This document shows positions 43,383-54,049 of a stretch of 64,000 nt of DNA, piece after piece. Both the position numbers and the translations under genes were made by a program. The notes under the pieces are model-generated. The model saw only the letters and a program-made list of their open reading frames with translations. It ran no database searches and was not told the DNA's origin. Numbering within the stretch: position 1 is the stretch's first letter; each line of letters begins with the position of its first letter. The DNA comes from Escherichia coli (GTDB lineage Bacteria; Pseudomonadota; Gammaproteobacteria; Enterobacterales; Enterobacteriaceae): the NCBI RefSeq assembly GCF_030013205.1, contig NZ_CP122648.1; one strand, written 5' to 3'.

Positions 43383-43545
43383 TTCCGCTCTCTGGATAGC
43401 CTGAAGTTGACTATTTCGGGCTATCCAGAACCGCACAGCCATTTGAGCAGGCTGATTTTCTCTGTCTGCATAACATTCGATATCCGCGCCATTACCTGTC
43501 ATCATGTGACTGCTCCCCGCCCTGTCGGGTGAGGCTTCCCACTTC

Positions 43546-44715
43546 TTAAGCCGCAACCGTCTGTGTGACGGATTTACGCTGGCCTCCATGGGCAGAAACG
43601 ACGAGTCCCGCCGCTTGTAATTCCAGTATGCCCTTGCGTTTGATGTTGAGCGCCGCGTTGATATCGCGGTCATGTTCAACTCCACACTCTGGACACTGCC
43701 AGATGCGCTTATGTAATGGCATCTCCGACATTTTGTGACCGCAGCAGTGGCAGGTCTTCGAACTGGCGAACCATTGATCCAGTTTCACCAGATGCACACC
43801 TTTCTCTGTTGCTTTGTATTCCAGTTTTGTGATGAATCCAGACCATCCAGCATCGCCTATCGCACGAGCCAGATGGTGATTTTTCATCATATTTGCCGTT
43901 TTCAATGTCTCGACAATTACCGCTTGGTTTTCGTCAACAATTGCGCGAGATAACTTGTGCTGGAAATCGGCACGGGCACTGGCTACCCGTTCGTGAACGG
44001 CTGCAAGTTGTATTCTGGCTTTGCGCCTGTTTGCGCTCCCTTTTTTCTTACGGGACAGTGCTTTCTGCTTCCGGCGCAGGTTGCGACTTGCATTGATTAG
44101 GTGGCGGGGACTGGCAATTTTATTGCCGTCCGATTTGATGACAAAATGCGCCAGCCCCATATCCAGCCCTGTCACATTTGATATCAGTGCGGGCTTTGCC
44201 GGCGCTTCCATCCCGTCGTCACAGAGTAACGACGCGTAGTATTTCCCGGTTGCGCTGCGGCTCAACGTGATACTTTTCAGCATTCCCGTAATTTCACGAT
44301 GTAAACGCGCCTCAATCGGCAAGATTTTCGGTATTTTTATCGCACCATCAAGGACTTTTATGCCAACACAATGATAGCTCGATTGTCTGCCGTGTTTACT
44401 TTTAAAGGTTGGTTTACCTGCTTTCAGTTTCGGATTGAAAAAGTTAGAAAAAGCCACGTCGAGGTTAATTACCGCCTGCTGCAACGCAATAGAATCATAT
44501 TCTTTAAGCCATCCATACCGGCGGGATTTCTTCGCCACTGCAAGCAGTGGTTTGAGGTCTTTACGCGGGTTTAAATTTACGCGGTGCCGCTGGTAAGAAT
44601 GTTTCTTGATATGCAGAGCTTTGTTGTACGCAAAACGCACTGCACCGAACTGGGCGTTGATAAATTCAGCCTGTTCTGGTGTCGGGTAGATGCGTACTTT
44701 TGTTGCTCTTAACAT
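43546..44715 (-). CDS. tnpB: IS605-family TnpB (RuvC-like RNA-guided endonuclease, OMEGA effector)
   Basis: 389 aa; RuvC-I GLDMGLAHF, RuvC-II AVIVETL, zinc finger CHCC...CPEC, RuvC-III HDRDINAALNI; looks intact. Confidence 0.85.
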   Translation of the reverse strand: MLRATKVRIYPTPEQAEFINAQFGAVRFAYNKALHIKKHSYQRHRVNLNPRKDLKPLLAVAKKSRRYGWLKEYDSIALQQAVINLDVAFSNFFNPKLKAGKPTFKSKHGRQSSYHCVGIKVLDGAIKIPKILPIEARLHREITGMLKSITLSRSATGKYYASLLCDDGMEAPAKPALISNVTGLDMGLAHFVIKSDGNKIASPRHLINASRNLRRKQKALSRKKKGSANRRKARIQLAAVHERVASARADFQHKLSRAIVDENQAVIVETLKTANMMKNHHLARAIGDAGWSGFITKLEYKATEKGVHLVKLDQWFASSKTCHCCGHKMSEMPLHKRIWQCPECGVEHDRDINAALNIKRKGILELQAAGLVVSAHGGQRKSVTQTVAA

Positions 44716-44771
44716 AATCAGCGCTCATTGATATAATGCTTTTATTTTAACACTTTAGGTGAATATATCAA

Positions 44772-45197
44772 TTGAGTAATCATGATGATTTACTGGCGGG
44801 ATTTCTCCGCAAACGACACAGTGTCAGTAAGCTGGTTGTGCACCTTATTTTTACGACAAAGTATCGACGCAAACTATTCGACAGTCAGATGATCGCTCAG
44901 TTGCGTGAGGCTTTTGGCTCCGCTGCGGCAAAGCTTGAATGCGAAATTATTGAGATGGACGGGGAGCCAGACCATGTACACCTGCTGGTTGCCTACCCGC
45001 CAAAACTGGCGGTCAGTGTGATGGTCAATAATTTAAAATCGGTATCATCACGTTTGCTACGCCAGCAGAACGCGCATTTACGTATGCAGAGTAAAACGGG
45101 GCTTTTGTGGTCGAGATCGTACTTTGTCTGTAGCACCGGAGAGGCAACGATTGAAACGCTCAGAGCCTACGTTCAGAGTCAGTCAACACCTGATTGA
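44772..45197 (+). CDS. tnpA: IS200/IS605-family transposase TnpA (Y1 HuH)
   Basis: 141 aa; HuH motif HVHLLV, catalytic-Tyr region WSRSYFVCSTGEA; first in-frame start is TTG, so start uncertain. Confidence 0.8.
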   Translation: MSNHDDLLAGFLRKRHSVSKLVVHLIFTTKYRRKLFDSQMIAQLREAFGSAAAKLECEIIEMDGEPDHVHLLVAYPPKLAVSVMVNNLKSVSSRLLRQQNAHLRMQSKTGLLWSRSYFVCSTGEATIETLRAYVQSQSTPD

Positions 45198-45326
45198 TCT
45201 TTAAAGCCCTGCGGGCTTTTCGCCTTATATCCCCGCCCGCATTGGGCGAGGGTTTACGGCGTTTTTCGCTAAGCAATGACTACCCTGTTTCGCTTGCATC
45301 TCCGGTGAGTTTTGCCACCCTTATAA

Positions 45327-48073
<2,747 letters not shown>

Positions 48074-48096
48074 GGCATGCTCCAGGCCGAAAAAGC

Positions 48097-48753
48097 CTAG
48101 CGTAATGGAATGATATCGCCTTGCCAACCCTGTGATGAACGCTGACCGACTAACAATAATGAACCACGATCGGCGCGAACGATGAGACGACCATGTTCAT
48201 CCCATAGTGCACTGTTACCACGGGCATTTGCCATCAGCACAGCAATCGAGTACTGATGTGAAAAAAATTGTAAGCGACGGGCCGACGCCAGCAGGTCGGG
48301 TTCTCCCAGACATTGCCCTGTCGTAAACAGTGAACAGGTCGGGTCCATATCCATACCTTCCGGTTGTTCATCGACCACCGTGATGGTTCTGGAACGACGG
48401 CCCAGACATGCACCATGACTCTGATGGTAGATCCCTGGTGTTTTTCGCCACGGTGCGAACACCGCAATTCCACGAATAAAGCGATCGTTATATTCAACGG
48501 GAAGGCCGGCAATGATGGTCATTCGCCAGGTCGTTGCAGCATAACAAAGCGGGTCTAACAGCGAGAGATCGGGTGGGGCAGGAAGGGCACGTCGCGAATA
48601 ATCACACCCCAGTAAAGAAAGCGATGGAAAAACTAACAGCTGACATTGTTGCCTGGCGGCGGCCCTCACAAACTCCAGATGATGAGCTACCTGTTCGGTC
48701 AGTGAGGTTTTACGAGGCTCATATTGCGCTGCTGCAACTTTCCAGAACGACAT
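48097..48753 (-). CDS. yobB: C-N hydrolase (nitrilase superfamily) protein YobB
   Basis: 218 aa; syntenic position. Confidence 0.85.
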   Translation of the reverse strand: MSFWKVAAAQYEPRKTSLTEQVAHHLEFVRAAARQQCQLLVFPSLSLLGCDYSRRALPAPPDLSLLDPLCYAATTWRMTIIAGLPVEYNDRFIRGIAVFAPWRKTPGIYHQSHGACLGRRSRTITVVDEQPEGMDMDPTCSLFTTGQCLGEPDLLASARRLQFFSHQYSIAVLMANARGNSALWDEHGRLIVRADRGSLLLVGQRSSQGWQGDIIPLR

Positions 48754-48854
48754 AATGACTTCCTTTTCAAAATGACTGCAAATTATGGGTGCGGTTTAGA
48801 AAATACTCATAATTTAGCAGGCGTTATGTAAGAAAGTGTAACTCTGTATAAGTT

Positions 48855-49085
48855 TTATTTAAGTTTGGGCTCGTAAGGTAAACGTGACAGATTGACCGAA
48901 GCCAAACGGTGGGCGATAAGCCGCTCGCGAAACCAGCTGCGCAAATGTTCAGGCTGTTCACGTTCAACCGCTTCAGCGATCACCGGCATATTGTAGCGTT
49001 CTTTAAATGCCACCCCGGCCGCCGCCAAATCGACATTCACTTTATCCATTTCTGTTTGATCCAGTTTAGCCAGATTCTTCAGCAT
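48855..49085 (-). CDS. holE: DNA polymerase III theta subunit
   Basis: 76 aa from ATG at 49085 ([35 protein letters not shown]). Confidence 0.92.
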
Positions 49086-49223
49086 TCTTAATCTCCTCAT
49101 CATTCGCGGGCAAAAGTTACTAAGAGTGAGCCTGGATGGCAAGCCGGAATTGATGATCCTCGACTCAGACATTAGACAAGGTTATGCTCTGTAAAAAAGT
49201 TATTACAAAAAGGAATAGATAAT

Positions 49224-49598
49224 ATGACTTCAACTGCACGCACCCTTCGCTACGCGCTGGCAATCCTGACCACTTCGTTGGTGACACCTTCCGTCTGGGC
49301 ACATGCGCATTTAACGCATCAGTATCCTGCGGCAAACGCGCAAGTGACAGCTGCCCCGCAGGCAATTACTTTAAACTTCTCGGAAGGCGTTGAAACAGGA
49401 TTCAGTGGTGCAAAAATCACGGGGCCAAAAAACGAAAATATTAAAACATTACCGGCGAAGCGGAATGAGCAGGACCAAAAGCAACTGATTGTTCCACTGG
49501 CCGATTCGCTGAAACCCGGAACCTACACCGTTGACTGGCATGTTGTTTCGGTGGACGGGCATAAAACGAAAGGACACTACACCTTTAGCGTGAAATAA
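49224..49598 (+). CDS. yobA: Periplasmic copper-binding protein YobA (CopC family)
   Basis: 124 aa; signal peptide, then mature N-terminus HAHLTHQYPAANAQV. Confidence 0.9.
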   Translation: MTSTARTLRYALAILTTSLVTPSVWAHAHLTHQYPAANAQVTAAPQAITLNFSEGVETGFSGAKITGPKNENIKTLPAKRNEQDQKQLIVPLADSLKPGTYTVDWHVVSVDGHKTKGHYTFSVK

Positions 49599-49601
49599 AT
49601 C

Positions 49602-50474
49602 ATGCTGGCGTTTACCTGGATCGCGCTGCGATTTATCCATTTCACCTCGCTGATGCTGGTCTTTGGCTTCGCAATGTACGGTGCCTGGCTGGCTCCCTTA
49701 ACGATTCGTCGCTTGCTGACGAAGCGTTTTCTGCGTTTACAACAGCACGCTGCCGTCTGGAGTTTGATCAGTGCCACTGCAATGCTCGCCGTTCAGGGCG
49801 GGTTGATGGGAACGGGATGGACAGATGTATTTTCGCCAAACATTTGGCAGGCTGTTTTGCAAACGCAGTTTGGTGGCGTCTGGTTATGGCAAATTGTTCT
49901 CGCCCTCGTAACGTTGATCGTCGCCCTTATGCAACCGCGGAATATGCCACGTTTGCTGTTTATGCTCACTACCGCGCAATTTATTCTGCTGGCGGGAGTC
50001 GGCCATGCGACGCTGAATGAAGGGGTAACGGCGAAAATCCATCAGACTAATCACGCGATTCACCTGATTTGTGCGGCGGCGTGGTTTGGGGGATTACTGC
50101 CGGTGCTCTGGTGTATGCAACTCATCAAAGGCCGTTGGCGACACCAGGCTATTCAGGCGCTGATGCGTTTTTCCTGGTGCGGGCATTTTGCGGTGATCGG
50201 CGTACTGGCAAGCGGCGTGCTTAATGCATTGTTGATTACCGGATTTCCCCCCACGCTTACGACTTACTGGGGCCAACTCTTATTGCTCAAAGCCATCCTG
50301 GTGATGATTATGGTGGTCATCGCGCTGGCTAATCGTTATGTTCTTGTACCGCGCATGAGGCAGGATGAAGATCGTGCGGCACCCTGGTTTGTGTGGATGA
50401 CTAAACTCGAATGGGCGATAGGTGCGGTAGTGCTGGTGATCATCAGCCTGCTTGCGACTCTCGAACCTTTTTGA
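49602..50474 (+). CDS. yebZ: Inner membrane protein YebZ (CopD family)
   Basis: 290 aa; polytopic; immediately downstream of the copC homologue. Confidence 0.9.
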   Translation: MLAFTWIALRFIHFTSLMLVFGFAMYGAWLAPLTIRRLLTKRFLRLQQHAAVWSLISATAMLAVQGGLMGTGWTDVFSPNIWQAVLQTQFGGVWLWQIVLALVTLIVALMQPRNMPRLLFMLTTAQFILLAGVGHATLNEGVTAKIHQTNHAIHLICAAAWFGGLLPVLWCMQLIKGRWRHQAIQALMRFSWCGHFAVIGVLASGVLNALLITGFPPTLTTYWGQLLLLKAILVMIMVVIALANRYVLVPRMRQDEDRAAPWFVWMTKLEWAIGAVVLVIISLLATLEPF

Positions 50475-50486
50475 TGGATTACGAAA

Positions 50487-50828
50487 ATGATGAAAAAAAG
50501 TATTCTGGCGTTTCTGTTACTCACCAGTTCTGCAGCGGCGCTGGCTGCACCGCAGGTGATTACCGTTAGCCGTTTTGAAGTGGGTAAAGACAAATGGGCG
50601 TTTAATCGCGAAGAGGTGATGCTGACTTGCCGACCGGGTAATGCTTTGTATGTCATCAACCCAAGTACCCTCGTGCAGTATCCTTTAAACGATATCGCAC
50701 AAAAGGAAGTTGCCAGTGGGAAGACTAAAGCCCAACCCATTTCGGTGATTCAGATTGATGATCCTAACAATCCCGGCGAAAAAATGAGTCTGGCACCGTT
50801 TATAGAACGAGCTGAAAAACTCTGTTAA
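50487..50828 (+). CDS. yebY: Uncharacterized periplasmic protein YebY (DUF2511)
   Basis: 113 aa; signal peptide [20 protein letters not shown]. Confidence 0.88.
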   Translation: MMKKSILAFLLLTSSAAALAAPQVITVSRFEVGKDKWAFNREEVMLTCRPGNALYVINPSTLVQYPLNDIAQKEVASGKTKAQPISVIQIDDPNNPGEKMSLAPFIERAEKLC

Positions 50829-50863
50829 TTACCTAAAATAGCCTTTTGATTTCCAATAAAAAA

Positions 50864-50899
50864 ACCGCCTCAGTTCTTTCACCAGAACGGGCGGTTTTT
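50864..50899. terminator. Bidirectional terminator (yebY on +, ryeA on -)
   Basis: aaaaaaaccgcctcagttctttcaccagaacgggcggttttt. Confidence 0.7.
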
Positions 50900-51140
50900 A
50901 ACATTTAAGCTGATGGCCACCGCGCTTTTTATTGACCATTTTGCACGCAAACTGGAAAACCTGGCGTCGTCATCTATTCTTAAAGGGCAAGGCAACTAAG
51001 CCTGCATTAATGCCAACTTTTAGCGCACGGCTCTCTCCCAAGAGCCATTTCCCTGGACCGAATACAGGAATCGTGTTCGGTCTCTTTTTATCTGTTAAAA
51101 GCCAGAAGCATTCCCTTCGCTGACTTTATAGTCAACCATA
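50870..51140 (-). ncRNA. ryeA: Antisense small RNA RyeA (SraC) overlapping sdsR; ends approximate
   Basis: Known antisense partner of SdsR at this locus; 3' end assigned to the 50864-50899 terminator read on the minus strand; 5' end not determined. Confidence 0.4.
50987..51089 (+). ncRNA. sdsR: Sigma-S-dependent small RNA SdsR (RyeB)
   Basis: gcaaggcaactaagcctgcattaatgccaac...gaatcgtgttcggtctcttttt matches the SdsR sequence as I recall it; sigma-S-like -10 ctattcttaa just upstream; intrinsic terminator at 3' end. Confidence 0.7.
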
Positions 51141-51223
51141 ACACACACTCTACTGTCTGAGTCCAGCGTTTTTTAACATTCTTGTTAAGATTATGTGATC
51201 TTTAGCGCGGGAGGAAAATATTG

Positions 51224-51880
51224 ATGAAACAGCCTGCGCCCGTTTATCAGAGAATTGCGGGTCATCAATGGCGACATATCTGGCTTTCAGGCGATATACA
51301 CGGTTGTCTTGAGCAGTTGCGCCGCAAATTATGGCATTGTGGTTTTGATCCGTGGCGAGATTTACTTATCTCAGTGGGAGACGTTATCGATCGTGGGCCG
51401 CAAAGTTTACGTTGCCTGCAGTTACTGGAACAACATTGGGTTCGTGCGGTAAGAGGCAATCATGAACAGATGGCGATGGATGCGCTGACATCTCAGCAGA
51501 TGTCTTTGTGGTTGATGAATGGCGGCGACTGGTTTATTGCGCTGGCAGATAATCAACAGAAACAAGCGAAAACGACGCTGGAAAAATGTCAGCATTTGCC
51601 CTTTATTCTTGAAGTACACAGTCGCACCGGCAAACATGTTATTGCTCATGCCGATTATCCAGATGATGTTTATGAATGGCAAAAGGACGTTGATTTGCAT
51701 CAGGTCTTGTGGAGCCGCTCGCGATTAGGTGAACGCCAAAAAGGGCAGGGAATTACAGGTGCTGATCATTTCTGGTTTGGTCATACACCGTTGCGCCATC
51801 GCGTGGATATTGGCAACCTGCATTATATTGATACCGGCGCTGTCTTTGGGGGCGAACTGACTCTTGTGCAACTGCAATAA
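51224..51880 (+). CDS. pphA: Serine/threonine protein phosphatase 1 (PphA/PrpA)
   Basis: 218 aa from ATG 51224 (MKQPAPVYQRIAG); metallophosphatase motifs GDIHG and GDVIDRG, GNHE. Confidence 0.93.
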   Translation: MKQPAPVYQRIAGHQWRHIWLSGDIHGCLEQLRRKLWHCGFDPWRDLLISVGDVIDRGPQSLRCLQLLEQHWVRAVRGNHEQMAMDALTSQQMSLWLMNGGDWFIALADNQQKQAKTTLEKCQHLPFILEVHSRTGKHVIAHADYPDDVYEWQKDVDLHQVLWSRSRLGERQKGQGITGADHFWFGHTPLRHRVDIGNLHYIDTGAVFGGELTLVQLQ

Positions 51881-52072
51881 TTAAAAATCACCATACTCCT
51901 GTGCTGGTCGCCAGAAACCATCTATAAAATCCTCAATCGGAAAACAACCGCCATGGCGGATCCGTTGATCGCTCATAGAATAAAGACACTGCTGTTCCGT
52001 GTTGTAGACATCCACAACAATATCTTCACAACCGCCATCCAGGTAGCAAACAAAAAGTACCAGCGCGAACAT
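51881..52072 (-). CDS. yebW: Uncharacterized protein YebW
   Basis: 63 aa from ATG at 52072 (MFALVLFVCYLDGG); six-frame ORF is longer. Confidence 0.75.
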   Translation of the reverse strand: MFALVLFVCYLDGGCEDIVVDVYNTEQQCLYSMSDQRIRHGGCFPIEDFIDGFWRPAQEYGDF

Positions 52073-52176
52073 TTCATCCCCGAAGTGTGGTGCCGTACCG
52101 TTAAGTTTAGGAGAGATTTTACAACGGGGGAATAACCAGGACAAATAACCCGCCATGCCGACGGGTTCTTTTTGGA

Positions 52177-52413
52177 TTAGGCAAGACGCATAATCCAGGC
52201 ATCAGATTGTTGATCGTAACGGGTACGGTAAAGGACAGAGTGTTCGCCATTTAGCAGGGCAGGAATACTGGTTTCAGCATCCCAGGCATCCAGTTGCATA
52301 CATAAATCGGGGTCTGATTTACAAGGAATGGTTAACGTTCGATCACCCGGCGATTCGCCGTGTAATTCGCCGTCGTCGATTTCAAAAGCGCCTATGCGCA
52401 CACTGGTTTTCAT
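52177..52413 (-). CDS. yebV: Uncharacterized protein YebV
   Basis: 78 aa from ATG at 52413 (MKTSVRIGAFEIDDGELHGESPGD). Confidence 0.85.
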   Translation of the reverse strand: MKTSVRIGAFEIDDGELHGESPGDRTLTIPCKSDPDLCMQLDAWDAETSIPALLNGEHSVLYRTRYDQQSDAWIMRLA

Positions 52414-52530
52414 CTTCGTGCTCTCCATTTAGCTGCCGATTGTGGTACGACCAGTCCGATCGCACCATTTTTCAGCCTAGTTGAGGCAGCCGAATGTGCC
52501 AGTCAAAAAGTGCGCTTTTTTTGTGCGCTG

Positions 52531-53970
52531 TCAGGCGTTACCGGTAAAAAGTTTCCCGTCTCGCACCAGTTCACGCGGGTAGCTGTTTTTCAGTCGCGAA
52601 CCAATTCGTTTGGCTAAACCAATCGGCTGATGCTGGAAAGTAACCAATACATCATCCGCTACTGGCGCGGCTTGCGGGTAAACATCGCGCCCGCGATACC
52701 ACTCTTCCGCTTCCTGCGGTGTCAGTTCAAAAGCGTTCACATTGTCGGGGGAGGCAAGGGCAATAACCGCTTCATGCTGCCAGCGATAACCTTTGTTATG
52801 CGTTTCGGCAAGTTTAATCCCCAGGCGAGAAAATCGGACTTTACCGATCAGGGCTTCAATGCCTACCGGGAACAACCACAGTTCTTTGTCGCGTTGCCAG
52901 AGTCGCAGGTTTCCATCCCAGTTTAAGCCAACACTTGCAGCCGCCTGACGAATTTGACCGGCTTCGCGATCTTTCACCGGGCTAAACGGGAAATTGCCCA
53001 CTTTGTATTTTGGGGCGGGTAAGACGGGGATCGCCTGAGTTTTACGCAGACGAGCAACGAAGAAGCCTTCGCAGTCGTAAATTTGTGGGAAAACATGCAA
53101 AAAGCCGTCTTCGGTCAGCGCCTTATTTGCACCAGGGAAGAGATCGCCAAGCGGTAAAAACTCTACTGCGTCGGGGTAAGTCTCTTTCAGCCACCGGCAG
53201 ACGGCTTCATTTTCTTCCTGGTTTAAGGTACAGGTCGAGTAAACCAGCGTACCGCCAGGGCGTAATGCATGAAAGGCGCTGTCGATCAGTTCCCGTTGGG
53301 TAGCTGCGATTTCCTGATTGCTTTCGGGTGACCAGTTTTTTAGCGCATCGGGATCTTTACGCACCACGCCTTCGCCGGAGCAGGGAGCGTCCAGCAAAAT
53401 GGCATCGAACATTTCTGGCAATGCCGCACCAAACACGCGGCCATCAAAATGTGTGAGCGCAACATTACGGATGCCACAGCGGCTGATATTGGCATGTAAC
53501 ACTTTTACCCGACTGGCGGAAAACTCATTGGCAAGGATAGCCCCTTCGTTATTCATCCGCGCGGCAATTTGCGTCGTTTTGGAGCCTGGCGCAGCAGCGA
53601 CATCCATCACCCGCTGTGGTGCATTACCGTCAGCAAACAAGGCGGCGACGGGCAACATTGAACTGGCTTCCTGAATATAAAACAGGCCACTTAAATGCTC
53701 GGCGGTACTACCCAACGGCAATGCATCTTCATCGTCGCGTTCAATCCAGAAACCTTCTTCACACCACGGAATTGGCGTAAGCGTCCAGCCATAAAAAGCG
53801 GTTAATTGCAGGAAATCAGCAACAGAGATTTTCAGCGTATTAACGCGAATGCTGCGGCGCAACGGGCGCTGACAGGCGGCAAGAAAATCATCAAATGAGA
53901 GCGTCGAAGGCATAGCTTCGCGCATTTGTGTCAGAAAGGCGTCCGGGAAATAAACGGTGTGTTGGGCCAC
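52531..53970 (-). CDS. rsmF: 16S rRNA m5C1407 methyltransferase RsmF
   Basis: 479 aa from GTG at 53970 ((M)[14 protein letters not shown]); ATG at 53976 is an alternative start; SAM-binding motif [10 protein letters not shown]. Confidence 0.92.
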   Translation of the reverse strand: MAQHTVYFPDAFLTQMREAMPSTLSFDDFLAACQRPLRRSIRVNTLKISVADFLQLTAFYGWTLTPIPWCEEGFWIERDDEDALPLGSTAEHLSGLFYIQEASSMLPVAALFADGNAPQRVMDVAAAPGSKTTQIAARMNNEGAILANEFSASRVKVLHANISRCGIRNVALTHFDGRVFGAALPEMFDAILLDAPCSGEGVVRKDPDALKNWSPESNQEIAATQRELIDSAFHALRPGGTLVYSTCTLNQEENEAVCRWLKETYPDAVEFLPLGDLFPGANKALTEDGFLHVFPQIYDCEGFFVARLRKTQAIPVLPAPKYKVGNFPFSPVKDREAGQIRQAAASVGLNWDGNLRLWQRDKELWLFPVGIEALIGKVRFSRLGIKLAETHNKGYRWQHEAVIALASPDNVNAFELTPQEAEEWYRGRDVYPQAAPVADDVLVTFQHQPIGLAKRIGSRLKNSYPRELVRDGKLFTGNA

Positions 53971-54049
53971 GAGCATGTACCACTGGCAAAAAAACAGGCG
54001 CGCAGTTTAGCATAAACGCTCCGGCGCAGGCACGCCGGAGCAGTGGGCA

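Larger units (their letters stand above)
43496..45270 (-). mobile_element. IS200/IS605-family insertion sequence (divergent tnpA and tnpB, IS605-type layout); boundaries approximate (+/- 30 bp)
   Basis: TnpB + Y1 TnpA pair replaces a short intergenic region; related subterminal motifs at 43514-43534 and 45230-45251; A+T-rich divergent promoter region 44716-44771. Confidence 0.6.

Noticed and set aside
43392-43428. 10-bp-stem hairpin (ctggatagcc ... ggctatccag) 10 nt downstream of the yebE stop, considered as an end of the IS605-family element
   Set aside because: It does not resemble the two related subterminal motifs at 43514-43534 and 45230-45251 and has no counterpart at the other end. 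More likely a native yebE terminator or REP-like hairpin, though it lacks a T-run.
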